DNA of 64,000 bases from Octopus vulgaris (taxonomy: Eukaryota): NCBI GenBank assembly GCA_951406725.2, contig OX597827.1, forward strand, positions 66,154,001 to 66,218,000, read 5' to 3'. Position 1 is the stretch's first letter; each line of letters begins with the position of its first letter. The position numbers and the translations under genes are program-made. The notes under the pieces are model-generated. The model was not told where the DNA came from and did no database searches. It worked only from the letters and a program-made list of their open reading frames with translations. Positions 29,511 to 41,905 of this stretch are shown piece by piece.

Positions 29511-30434
29511 TCATTGTAGATACGTAAAATGCTCCATGGGAATGTTTAGCAACCTAAACTTTCGTCGAGATTTTACTACCGATTTCATTTACACCATCCT
29601 CACATCAATCAGATTAGCCATTATTACCATCACAATAATGGAACATATGTTGGGAAGCGCTCTACAGCCCCGCCCCGTCTTCAAGATGACTGTGCAAGAA
29701 GATAAATGAACAATTGTTGCCGTACCAATTGTTATATCGACATTGTTGAAATGAATATACTCTATATACGTTTTGTCCATTTGTCCTTCCATACATCTGT
29801 CTATATGCCTTCCCGGCGATGTGTTTTTCATTTTGACCATTCAACTGTACATTAAAAACAACTGGAGCAGATTTGAATGGCTGCAGTCGACCGTGGTCTA
29901 TTTTCCGTCCCCATTCAACCTTTAGAAGACAACCACCACAGTTTTTTTTTTTTTTTTGTGATACACAAACTATCAAAGCGTAAATCATCAGCAGCGGTAG
30001 TGGCCGCTTAAGGATTATGGAAAGCTTTATTATAATACTGATATCAAGTCATATTCGTTGTCGATCGTGTACATATGGCTGCAAGTGAAAGGTTATTGAT
30101 TATAGACCGATAGTATTCAATGGATTACCAATATAAATAATTGCAGAATAGAAGAGGTCGGCTGCCATTAGATTCATGATAATTGCCAATTTCAGATGTG
30201 TACACAAACACACATCTCATATATATATATATACATATTCCTTTCTCTCTCTCTCCCTCTCTCTCTCTCTCTAACTCTCTCTCTCTTTCTCCTTCTCTCT
30301 CTCTGCTTCACTGTTTCTCACCCTCTTACTATCTGTCTGTCTATCTACCCCACTTTTTTAATCCCCCAAAAGAAAACCTCTACCTTGCAATTTGGCCCCT
30401 CTGTGTTCAGCCATGTGTGGCTAATAACGAGACA

Positions 30435-30721
<287 letters not shown>

Positions 30722-31294
30722 GACTATCTCAGTCGTAACCCATTGATACTCCTGCAATCGAATCTGTTCCATCCACCTGATTTTGCCAATTTTTCTTCCT
30801 CTCTATTTCTCAATATGAAGTACAACACCGCACTGTTTCACTATATTCTCCAGTAGAAAGATTCAATTCGGCATGTACCATTACATCTATCCACATTTAC
30901 AAACAAATAAATAATCAGTCAAGTATTCGAACGGCGAATGACATACGTACGTAAAAATTCAATTAATCGTTATTACGAGAAAAAAATGTACCGACAACAG
31001 CGTATTCTGCTAGAGGCCATTTCCCTCCATGTCGTATTTCAATGTAGCATACGTATATTTCTAACAGATATTCACTGGCAAAATGAGCACACACACATAC
31101 ACACACACATAGTTGAGGTGTATTCCCTTAAGACGTATTAGAGTACGGAGACATTCATTCATTTACTTATATCCACCTGAGGAGATACAACTAGTTCCTA
31201 TTTTACAGGTAAACTGTTACTTAATTTAAATTCAAATCCTGTATATAAGTGGAGATATGTTGTATCAAAACATATGTAGTGGTCCTTAAACAGC

Positions 31295-31586
31295 TGGGAA
31301 ATTGCTGGCTTCAGTTTGTTGACCAGCAAAGCATTGTATCTTGCACTGTTGATCGTTCGCCCCTTTTCCAGGTAGTCTCCCAGTATAGGACCTTTTGAGT
31401 GCCAAAACAGAGGTAACATAATCTTTCCTGCGAAAGAGTGAATCTTGAATTTCTTCGTTGTTGGTGAACCAGGATGTCTCTACCCCACGCTAACATTTGC
31501 ATTCTGCCTCACAATGATGGCTCCACGTTTTATCTCCTGTAACTAGTCTGCTCAAAACATCGTCGCTCTCGTTGGTGTAGCGAATC
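31295..31586 (-). pseudogene. Inverted partial mariner transposase (catalytic-domain segment)
   Basis: Minus strand gives LVTGDKTWSHH...; MLPLFWHSKGPILGDYLEKGRTINSARYNALLVNKLKPAI; paralogous to about 32130-32415. Confidence 0.85.
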
Positions 31587-31685
31587 GTTCTGCATTCTGC
31601 GCATGCGTGCTTATAAGTGGTACTGTTTTGGTCATGTGATTGATGCTTTTCGTACCGATCTTCCTTCTGGCTTTACAGTATAATT

Positions 31686-32573
31686 ATGGTCGCTACACTA
31701 GCTAATGTGCACGAAAGAAGAACAAAGTGTGTTGATCCGATTTCTCTGGTTGGAAGGTGTCCCAGGTGCTTAAATTCATCAGAGGCTTTTAGCAATATAC
31801 GAGGACAGTGCACTACCGTGTAGAAGTGTGTATGTGTGGGTCGAGAAGTTTAAAAGTCGCTGGACAAGCGTGACGCACGAAGCGGCAGCAGGACGCCCGT
31901 CAAATTCCACCAGTCGCGAGAAGATTCAGCAAGATCGATAGATGATGGTGATGAACCAGCGAGTTATCATGGATGAGATAATTCATTCTCTGCAGATTAC
32001 TCAAGGTTCTGCCTTTCGAATCATACATGATGAGATCGGCGTCCATAAAGACTGTTTAAGATGGGTGCCAATACAGATTACTGCTGAGCACAAGCGCGAA
32101 TGGCTAGAGGTCTGCTAACGTTTACTCAATCGCTAAAAGAATGAAAACGACGAAGTTTTGAGGTGAATTGTCAGAGGATATGAAACATGGGTCCATCCTC
32201 ATGAGGCAGAATCCAAAGGACGGAGTGTGGAGTAGAAATATCTTGGCCTGCCAGCGACGGAGAAATTCAATATTCAGTCATCAAAGGCAAATTTGTTGCT
32301 AACTCATTTTTGGGGACTCAGATGGTCCTATACTGGGAGACGACCTAGAAAAGGGGTGTACGTTCAACAGTGCAAGATACAATGCTTTGATAGCCAACAA
32401 ATGAAGCCAGATATTTGCACCAAACACTGAAGCCTATTTCTGAAAATATTTTCTTGTTGATTAACAATGCACACCCACACAAGTCCACCCAGACCGTTGA
32501 AACCATGAACAAATTGGGCTTTGAAGCAATGGATCACCCTGCCTACAGCCCTAATCTTGCCCTTTCAGAATAG
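31686..32573 (+). pseudogene. Decayed mariner (Tc1/mariner, DD34D-type) transposase
   Basis: CTKEEQSVLIRFLWLEG, VYVWVEKFK, GRPS, RWVPIQIT (WVPHEL motif), IVRGYETWVH, HPAYSPNLA (YSPDL motif); several stops and frameshifts; 3' end and TIRs not seen. Confidence 0.92.
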
Positions 32574-32905
32574 AGTAATTCAATGTCTAAGAGTTTCATG
32601 CTTTGGTACTTATCAAACTAGTTATAGGTCGAAGTCCTCAGAGTTTCTCTAGTTATTTTCGTATCAACAACTATTTGAGCTAGCAAAACATTCGGTTTGT
32701 GAGTATTTGTAATTATGTGTAATTGCCAACGCACGAAACTCTCGGAACATGAGTCACTTCTACTGAATATCAATTATTTATATATACGACGGGCTTATTT
32801 TTTTCCGCCTGTCAAATCCACTCAAAAGTTACCGATATTTACAAAGCTTTAGAAAGATGTGGTCGAATTTTCGACTAAACCTTCGATGTGGTGCAATGCC
32901 GATGT

Positions 32906-32946
<41 letters not shown>

Positions 32947-34257
32947 TATATGTGTGTGTGTGCGTGTGCGTTTATATACGTACATCGAGAGCTAAGCTAG
33001 TCAGAATGAGAAACTGCATTTCAAGCATCATGTGAAAAATGATTCCCAGTGTTTTATAATATTCTTCCTCCTTTGTCTTCTAAATCATATTGCCGTTCAA
33101 AGTTGAATGTCTCTTTTTTACTTTTATAAATTCCATTTTCTATAGATAGATATATATTCGGGTTACATAATTCGTTACCAGAAGAGCCATCCTTTGATAA
33201 ATTGTGCAAACAAAATATTTCTCTATGTTCGACGAATATCCGGTTTGAGAAGACCGGAATATATTTCTTTAACCACAGGCAATATTAAAAATCACTATTC
33301 TTCAACAACAATATGTATGCCATTTCGTACTTCCAGCGTCGCACACGTCTGTGCGTGAACAAGCACAGACACACACACACAGACACACACAACGACAGGA
33401 ACACGGAAACATACACACAACACGCATATACACACATACATATACGCGCTGGCATACATGTGCGCGTATCTCTGTGTAAATGTACATATACACAGATATA
33501 CGTACCGTCACACATACCTTTATCTATCAATCTATCTATTTATCTATCTCTCTGTCTATCTGTATATCTATCTATCGATGTATGGATGGATGTAAGTGAA
33601 TGAATGTCTGTTTCCGTGTATACGTGACTGCATTTCGTAGCCAGGTTCGTTTGAATGATAGTGCAAACAGTCAAAACAGGCATGCAGACTTTCTCACACA
33701 TAACACATACATACACAGACACACGAAGGCATATATTTCGATGTAAGTGTTCATATATGTTTTTCTTTCACGAGTCAATAGCTTAGGTTAAATCAAACCT
33801 AATATCAGACCTTGGTCGCTGGATAAAATTATTGAAGTATATTACTTTAACCTGTTCGAGCATATTATTTATTATTTAGCCAATCGAGTCCAGCTCCCGG
33901 CGTCATTTTTATACTTTCTCACACTTGAATAAAGCACGTTCAGAAAGTAGATATATTGGAAATGTGTTCAGGTCGGTGATAGATTCCGGTTGAATATTTC
34001 TTCCAATAGTTTGGTTAAATAAATTTTATATCTACCTTAACTTCAGACTTCATAAAAACAACCTCGACTCACATTCCGTCGGTTGCGACGACGAAGGTTA
34101 CACAAAAACAAATGCCGGTCATTTTCTAACGATTGAATAGGGGCATAAATACACCATGGGCAACTACAGGCACCATACTCTGCTACAGTTATGTTCCATG
34201 CATTGTTGAACGGACCACGTGAAAGATATATCGAATGAGAAGCATCGAGACAGATTG

Positions 34258-34511
34258 AGTGTGAAATTGGTTTGCAAGTGGCTGACCACTCCCCAGACAC
34301 GAGTGCCCTTAACGTAATTCTTAGGGAGATATAGCGTGACAAAGAATGTGACGAGGTTGGCCTTTTGTATTACAGATACAACTAATTTTTTTTTTTAGTT
34401 GCATGGATTCTAATGAAGTGACTTACTCAAGGACACAACGCACCGATGTTAATCGTGCTAATATCATTACCATCGAACCCGAGAACCTCAACCACTGTAC
34501 CATGCGCCTTT
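34258..34511 (-). mobile_element. Old C-group SINE (CORE-like body + 9107-type tail)
   Basis: Minus strand: aggcgcatggtacagtggttgagg head, gttgtgtccttgagtaagtcacttc body, ttacgttaagggcactcgtgtctggggagtggtcagccacttgc tail. Confidence 0.7.
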
Positions 34512-34986
34512 ACTTCAGACTTCATAATAATAAATGAAAGAGCCAAAATAAAGAGCTCAGAGTTCATCAGAAGATTGTCGATAGAGCACACCACACTGGA
34601 CTCGACAAAATAAAACAAGATGACTGTATGAATAGGCCATAGAATGATAAAAACGCACACAAATGGTTATAACTCCACATTTGCTGGTTATAACCCCAGA
34701 CATATTCCACTCTACGTCAGACTACCCAGCAACTATGAGAGAGTACAGCATGCTTGAAGAAACTCTGTATATGTAGTAGGTTATATTTTTTATACCAATC
34801 ACCTGAGGTGACACAGGGTGCATTGATTAAAGTGTCACTACTACAGGCACAACATGCTACAGGATGGGACGATATGGTACAGATTGGATAAAGTTTCGTA
34901 CCAAATCCCCATCAATTATGTACGTGTTTATATATATATATGTGTGTGTGTGTGTGTTTCTGTGTGTGTACGTGTCTGTATCCATC

Positions 34987-35037
<51 letters not shown>

Positions 35038-35067
35038 ATGTATCTCTCTATCTATCACTCTGTTACT

Positions 35068-35128
<61 letters not shown>

Positions 35129-35822
35129 AAGAGGTTTTAGAATGAATTTATATTATTTTCTGAAAATATAAACGATTGATTATACCAAATAAACTTTTAA
35201 AAGAATGTGGGAAACATCATTTCACAAATATTTTGGGAAGAAGAGCTCACATTTTTGAAGTGATTTTAAGTGTTTTCAGTTTTTGACATACGCCTATATT
35301 AGCTTAATTTATATAAGAATTCAGTTCTTAAATGAAGTGAGGAATATATTCAGCACAGTTTGTGATACTTCAAAAATTATTCTTGTTATTGTCTTATTCC
35401 ATTTCGAGAAATGGAAATATTATGAATTCCCAATTTCGAACCATCCGTACACGTTACTAAATGAATCATTCCTGAACAATAAATTTGTTCTACATGTAAC
35501 CTAAACCGAAATATTAATTTTGTTCCTATTTCTCCACCATATTTCTGATTGCATTGTTGGCAGGTCAGACATTACCTAAGATTTTCTCTGCCATTCACGT
35601 TTGTATTATTAATACATTCCGGTTCCTTTCCATTTTTAATCATTTAGATCTTGCCCTGTTCTATTATTCCACATACCGTATCACGAAGATTTCCACATAT
35701 TTTTACCCACGTTATTTCTTCTGATGTGAATTTGACCATTGTTAGGGGTATTGCGGATTTCATGCTTGTCTTTTTCGTTCGATGAAACTTAGTGCTTTTA
35801 AAAATTACATTTCTAAATTTCT

Positions 35823-36235
35823 TTTCTTTATTGCCCACAAGGGGCTAAATATAGAGGGGACAAACAAGAACAGACATTGGATTAAGTCGATTACATCGAT
35901 CTCAGTGCATAACTGATACTTATTTAATCGTCCCCGAAGGTGTGCAAGGCAAAGTCGACCTCGGCGGAATTTGAACTCAGAATGTAAAGACAGACGAAAT
36001 ACCTATCTCTTTACTACCCACAAGGGGCTAAACATAGAGGAAACAAACAAGGACAGGCATAGGTACTAAGTCGATTACATCGACCCCAGTGCGTAATTGG
36101 TACTTAATTTATCGACCCCGAAAGAATGAAAGGCAAAGTCGAGATCGGCGGGATTTGAACTCAGAACGTAACGACAGACGAAATACGGCTACGCATTTCG
36201 CCCGACGTGCTAACGTTTCTGCCAGCTCGCAGCTT
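35823..36235 (-). mobile_element. Family-A SINE dimer bounded by one TSD
   Basis: Full unit plus restarted unit (junction about 35995-36010); 16-bp TSD acatttctaaatttct at 35807-35822 and 36239-36254. Confidence 0.92.
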
Positions 36236-37257
36236 TCAACATTTCTAAATTTCTATGAATTTTATGGCTTGTTGTAGGGTTGCAAGGCGTTAGTTTCTTG
36301 AGTCAAAGAGTGTATTGTTGCTACGAGTATTGGTGAATAGAATATGTAACTTTTAATTTTGTCTTCACCCTCAGATTTGCAGATTTTCCACTAAGACTGT
36401 GATTTTGATCTATCTCTCTTTTGTGACGCCATGCTTTATTGTGTTGTTCGTACATTATTGAAATTAGAATTGTAGACGCATGTGCTTAAGCGTCTTTTCA
36501 TTCAGCTCCACTTTTCTTAAAATTCCGTCGGCACAGAACGTATCTACATACCCAGATATACACCAGTTTATAATGACTAAAGTAAACATTCAGGTAGACG
36601 TCGCAATATATTACAGATATTTCATGTAGTAAAATTATCATTCATTATACTCAAAATTATATTTGGTTGTCATTTGCGAATTTCTTCAGTACATTGATGT
36701 CTCGTATTTCGTTTCCATCTTGATGATTAAATTCTATCTAAATAATCAAAACTTTTGCATATCAAAGATTATTTATTCTAATATATTTCAAATGGCATAA
36801 ACATAGAGTCCCACAAGCTACACACGCAGAGATACACACTCACAAACACATACATAATTCGTGCATATACTCACTAATGTACTTTACTTAATAAAACTTC
36901 AAACAGTTTCCAAAATAGGAACATATTTAATACGGGCATCATTTTGAAACAGCACATATTAATAATACTTTCTTTAATTTCAAAACCATTTAGAAATTCG
37001 GTTTCTTTGTTTGTTTTTTTACAATGTTTTTATATACTATCCATCATAGAAATTTTCAATTTTTCCATTCGTTAATATTATAATGCAGATAATGCACTAA
37101 AACACCAAAGGCTTCATCAACCAAGAAACCATAAATGGAATACAAAATCAAGTGCAATTTTGCATTTCATTCCCGCAAGAGTATATATTAGTAGAACTTC
37201 TTGGTTCCAGATGGAAAATAAGTATTTCCTATCATATAAATTTACGTTACTGAGAAA

Positions 37258-37259
<2 letters not shown>

Positions 37260-37347
<88 letters not shown>

Positions 37348-37369
37348 ATATATATATATATATATATCA

Positions 37370-37403
<34 letters not shown>

Positions 37404-37572
37404 ATCTATATATATATATATATATATATACGACTAATGTATGTATAATATATATTATATATTAAATATATATTATATATATCAAATATATATTACATGA
37501 ATTATATATATATCATATATATATTATATATATTATATATATCATATATATATTATATATATTATATATATC

Positions 37573-37607
<35 letters not shown>

Positions 37608-37611
37608 ATAT

Positions 37612-37650
<39 letters not shown>
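37260..37650. repeat. Compound (CT)n-(CTAT)n-(TA)n tract with an AT minisatellite (atatattatatatatc-like)
   Basis: Direct reading. Confidence 0.85.
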
Positions 37651-37654
<4 letters not shown>

Positions 37655-38296
37655 TGTATATATATGAGCAATACAGACACAAACGCGCATATTCACAAAT
37701 ACACACACACACACACACATATATATATATCGCTAAGTGTAAGTGCGGTCTTGGCCGTACAGCTAATGCAAACGAAGTTCATTTCAATGAACAAAACGTA
37801 GACAATTCTAGTAGGCAGAGCCTTCTATTAGTCATTTTGGAATTATCCTTTTCAGATGATTGTGTAGACTGATGAACACTGCGCAGTATGATGTATATAT
37901 GTGTTAATATTTATGCGTATACATTTGTAAATATTCATGTATTTAATCGCATAAACAGATGTGTATATGTGCTTATGGAATCATATATATATATATAAGA
38001 ATTTATTGCGTAATGAGATAAAAAAAAACCAAGGCTGTGTAGATATTAGAACATTTATAGATAAGTCTTACAGCTGTTTCCAGGATATTTATGAATTATA
38101 TCCCTTCATCGGAGACGGTGTGAGAGGATTGTTAAATAATAATTAATTTAGATAGGATACACTAAGCCATGTGTCTCCACTATGTGTCGTATGCGAACTA
38201 CGAACTATATTCCAGTATATTTTTCGAGTTCACAGTAGCAGAAAGTTATAGAAGCCAGACGATAGCCTCATGTACTGTCATACTCTTATGATTTGT

Positions 38297-38376
<80 letters not shown>

Positions 38377-39169
38377 AATATGCAAATTCGGTGAGTATTC
38401 ACTTACCAGTCCAATATAAATGACATGACGGTGTGTTACAATGGAGTGTAGATAAATAAAGCTCATTACGTAAGAACAGTTTGTTTGAGTCTATTTGGAA
38501 GTAGTCCATTCACGGTTTCATAAATGTATGACGCTGAAGTAGAACATATTTGCCCAACGTGCTACGCAGTTGGACGAAACCATGGACCTCAGATGCAAAC
38601 TTCTTTAACACGAAGTCTACGAAGATTAAATTGACACCATTACGATTTCATTTTGTTATTGTGGACGTTCTATTAAACCTATATTAGGATTCATCGTGCA
38701 AGCAATGATGTCGTCCAGTGCGAACTGAATAATCTCACAGTTTGTACATGGAAACATCCATTGTTCACACATTCATTTACTACTGAGGAATTATTGCAAT
38801 TCCTACCAGTTCAATGACCGCATACATTTATGCTCATTTGCAACGTGCTTAACATTTGCAGGCGTATAAAAGAAATGAATATTCACACATTGTGTTGGAT
38901 TTCAGTATATATTCCGTTTCTGTTTGCAAGATTGTTGATTATGCTGCCATCATTTTATATCTTGTTTGGTGTTTAGTCGATAAAATTTTATATGTTCCCC
39001 AACAACCAGCATTTCGTAAAACTTCTGAATAGAAATTACGAAATTATATACAAACTTACATACAAGACATACTCATTAATCATTTCAGTAAATATTGTAT
39101 AATAATCTAATTTATGAAAACAGATATTGCATCTTTCTTTGTATATATGTATATATTACATCTTTCTTT

Positions 39170-39375
39170 GTATATATGCCGATTGTCAAACGCAGACACA
39201 CACACGCTCGCGAGCACACCCACCCAGAGTTGCATATATATATATATGCATATACGATGGGCTTCTTTCATTTTCTGTCTATCAAATGATCTCACAAGGC
39301 CATGGTCAGCCCGAGGCTATAGTAGAATTCACTTGCCCAAACTACTACGCAGTGAGACTGCTTCTTACCACACAC
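39170..39375 (-). mobile_element. Degenerate family-B SINE fragment
   Basis: tacgatgggcttctttca...gcccgaggctatagtagaattcacttgccc...cttaccacac. Confidence 0.7.
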
Positions 39376-39490
39376 CCACAGATCTGTTTTATTTTAGCCC
39401 GATCATCTACCTATCTGATGTTTGTTCATTGAGGAGTACATTTAACATTACGCCATATTACTATTGCGTTGAACTATTGTTTATATATAA

Positions 39491-40328
39491 CTAGCAGTAT
39501 TGCCCGGCTCGTGCGCTCGTTCGTTCTATGCACGCGCGAATTAAGCTAAACTTAGCTGAAGTTCAATCAAAATTCAATTGTTTTGGTTTTAAAATCAAGC
39601 ATTTAATGCCCTCTATTTTTGCGCTTATGTGTTCCATTTCCTCAATAGGAAGTACGTAGAAGCGTTTCATAAATTTTTGTTGATCAAATAATTGCATTGT
39701 AGAATTATTCTTTTAGATCAGTATTTCTCAACGGGGATTTCAGGGGAGATTTTCAGGGAGTCGCTGGCGATGTAAAGTGATGATTAAAAATCCGGCCTGC
39801 TAAAATTCGGTTAAAGTGATTTAAACTGCAGACTCAACGCAAAGTGGTCACATTTAATTCAAAGCGTTAAAAATGTTATGAAAACAATTGGTATGTGTTC
39901 ACAAAGTCCAAACGATTAATACGAAAAAAATCCTCCAAGCTACATCCGAAAATTTATTTGTTTGCCAATTTCTACAATGTTTACGGCGATTCGTTTTTAT
40001 ATCTTGATTTTTTTTTATTTTCCATGCAATTTACGCATGCTTGCACGCGTGGTGAACACAATTCACGTCAAACAGCTGACTGAGTAAAGTTCCCTATTCA
40101 ATGCATGGGATAAGGCCTAAACAAACACATTATCGATTTTTGCACTTGCGAGATGAATTTCGGAAGAGAAATAGCGCAGTTCAATTGTCATTCGCCTAAA
40201 CTTTAAGTGACCCATTTTTTGTGGTTCTACGATTTGTTGGCTAGGAGGAGATGATCCGGGAAGTTAAACACACAGACACACACACAGATACACACACAGA
40301 CACACCAGTTGAGTTTTATATATATAGA
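39491..40328 (-). mobile_element. Non-autonomous Helitron
   Basis: Minus strand starts A|TCtatatatataaaactcaa, followed by a (gtgt/ctgt) microsatellite, and ends gccgggcaatactgCTAG|T: canonical TC...CTAG termini inserted between A and T with no TSD. Confidence 0.78.
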
Positions 40329-41030
40329 TATCCGATATGTTTATTTAGTTTGGAGTGTCACTATGTATGCAATCTTTATATTATGTTATAGTAAATAATT
40401 CATCAGTTTGTGGACTAAGTTCAAGACTTTAGCAGTAATTGCTCGAAATATAAAACTGCATATCACCTTTCACCTTTAAGTTATCACTGTAGCGTCCAAC
40501 AAAAATCTACCCGTACTCTTTATCAGTAAATTAGAAAACGTTATCTAACGAATATTTTGTGCCTCTCACACTTTAAGAAAACAAGCATGAAAGAAAAGTT
40601 ATATGGTTTTTCTCGTGAAGAAAAAATGAATTGATTTTCAGTTTTCATAAATATTTTTCTTGAGATGGAGTTAACTTACGCGATAGCTACTCTATATACT
40701 ATCTATAAAGTAGAATAAAAAAAATTATAAATATTCCGCAACGCTACTGATTGGAGTATATATTAGTCATGTTATCGGTAAGATTTGTTGCGACAGTAAC
40801 AGAGAGGATGGCGGACCGTTTAAAAAAAAGAGTGCCATATTTGATGTATGTCGACAAGTTGCTAGTGTGATGGCTTCTCCATCAATTAGAAGTTATATGT
40901 CTCTGCATATATGCTGCAAATTATCCGAACTGTTTTGCATATTTTTGCATCCACTTTTTTGTGTACGAGAATTTACTGTCGGAGTTAGTGAATTCACATA
41001 CACTTTGTATGTGAAGCAGATAGTTTCTGG

Positions 41031-41137
<107 letters not shown>

Positions 41138-41151
41138 TATACATATATATA

Positions 41152-41345
41152 TAATGAGAGACGGAAGATGTAAGATGCGAGGAATTTTCTTACGCACTAC
41201 GTTTATTTCGATACAACTAGCTTCGACTCCTTACCGAGGGACGGATTAATGCTAGATGAGTCGAAACAATTGTAACAATTAATAAAAACGCTTGCATATT
41301 CCATCTTCCGTCTGTCATTAATGAAATGCATAACGAACACTCTGA
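41152..41345 (+). mobile_element. Fold-back insert at the edge of a (TA)n tract; Penelope pLTR-like, with decayed hammerhead
   Basis: Outer arms 41152-41181 and 41291-41320; inner arms 41212-41229 and 41258-41274; cgaaac-aattg-ta motif at 41262-41274. Confidence 0.6.
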
Positions 41346-41471
41346 AAAGTGATAGAGCTTTACCGGTAAGCTACCAGGTATAATCCATTCATTTCATAAT
41401 CAGTTAATATACATACACCCACAGTCTCCCAGTGTCTCTCAGTCACATGCACAGATACACACATGCGCGCG

Positions 41472-41562
<91 letters not shown>

Positions 41563-41662
41563 AGGTATGCATGTATATGTACTGGCAATAAGGAGGGTGT
41601 ATGTTCTCAAAGTTATTTAATCACAATTGTTCAGCGGAGTTTCATGGCTAAAACGCCATGAC

Positions 41663-41724
<62 letters not shown>

Positions 41725-41763
41725 CTCAATCTATCTATCTATATCTATCTATCTATCTATCTA

Positions 41764-41834
<71 letters not shown>

Positions 41835-41905
41835 ATATATATACATATATACATACATATATATATATATATATATGTATGTGTATATATATACATATAC
41901 ATACA

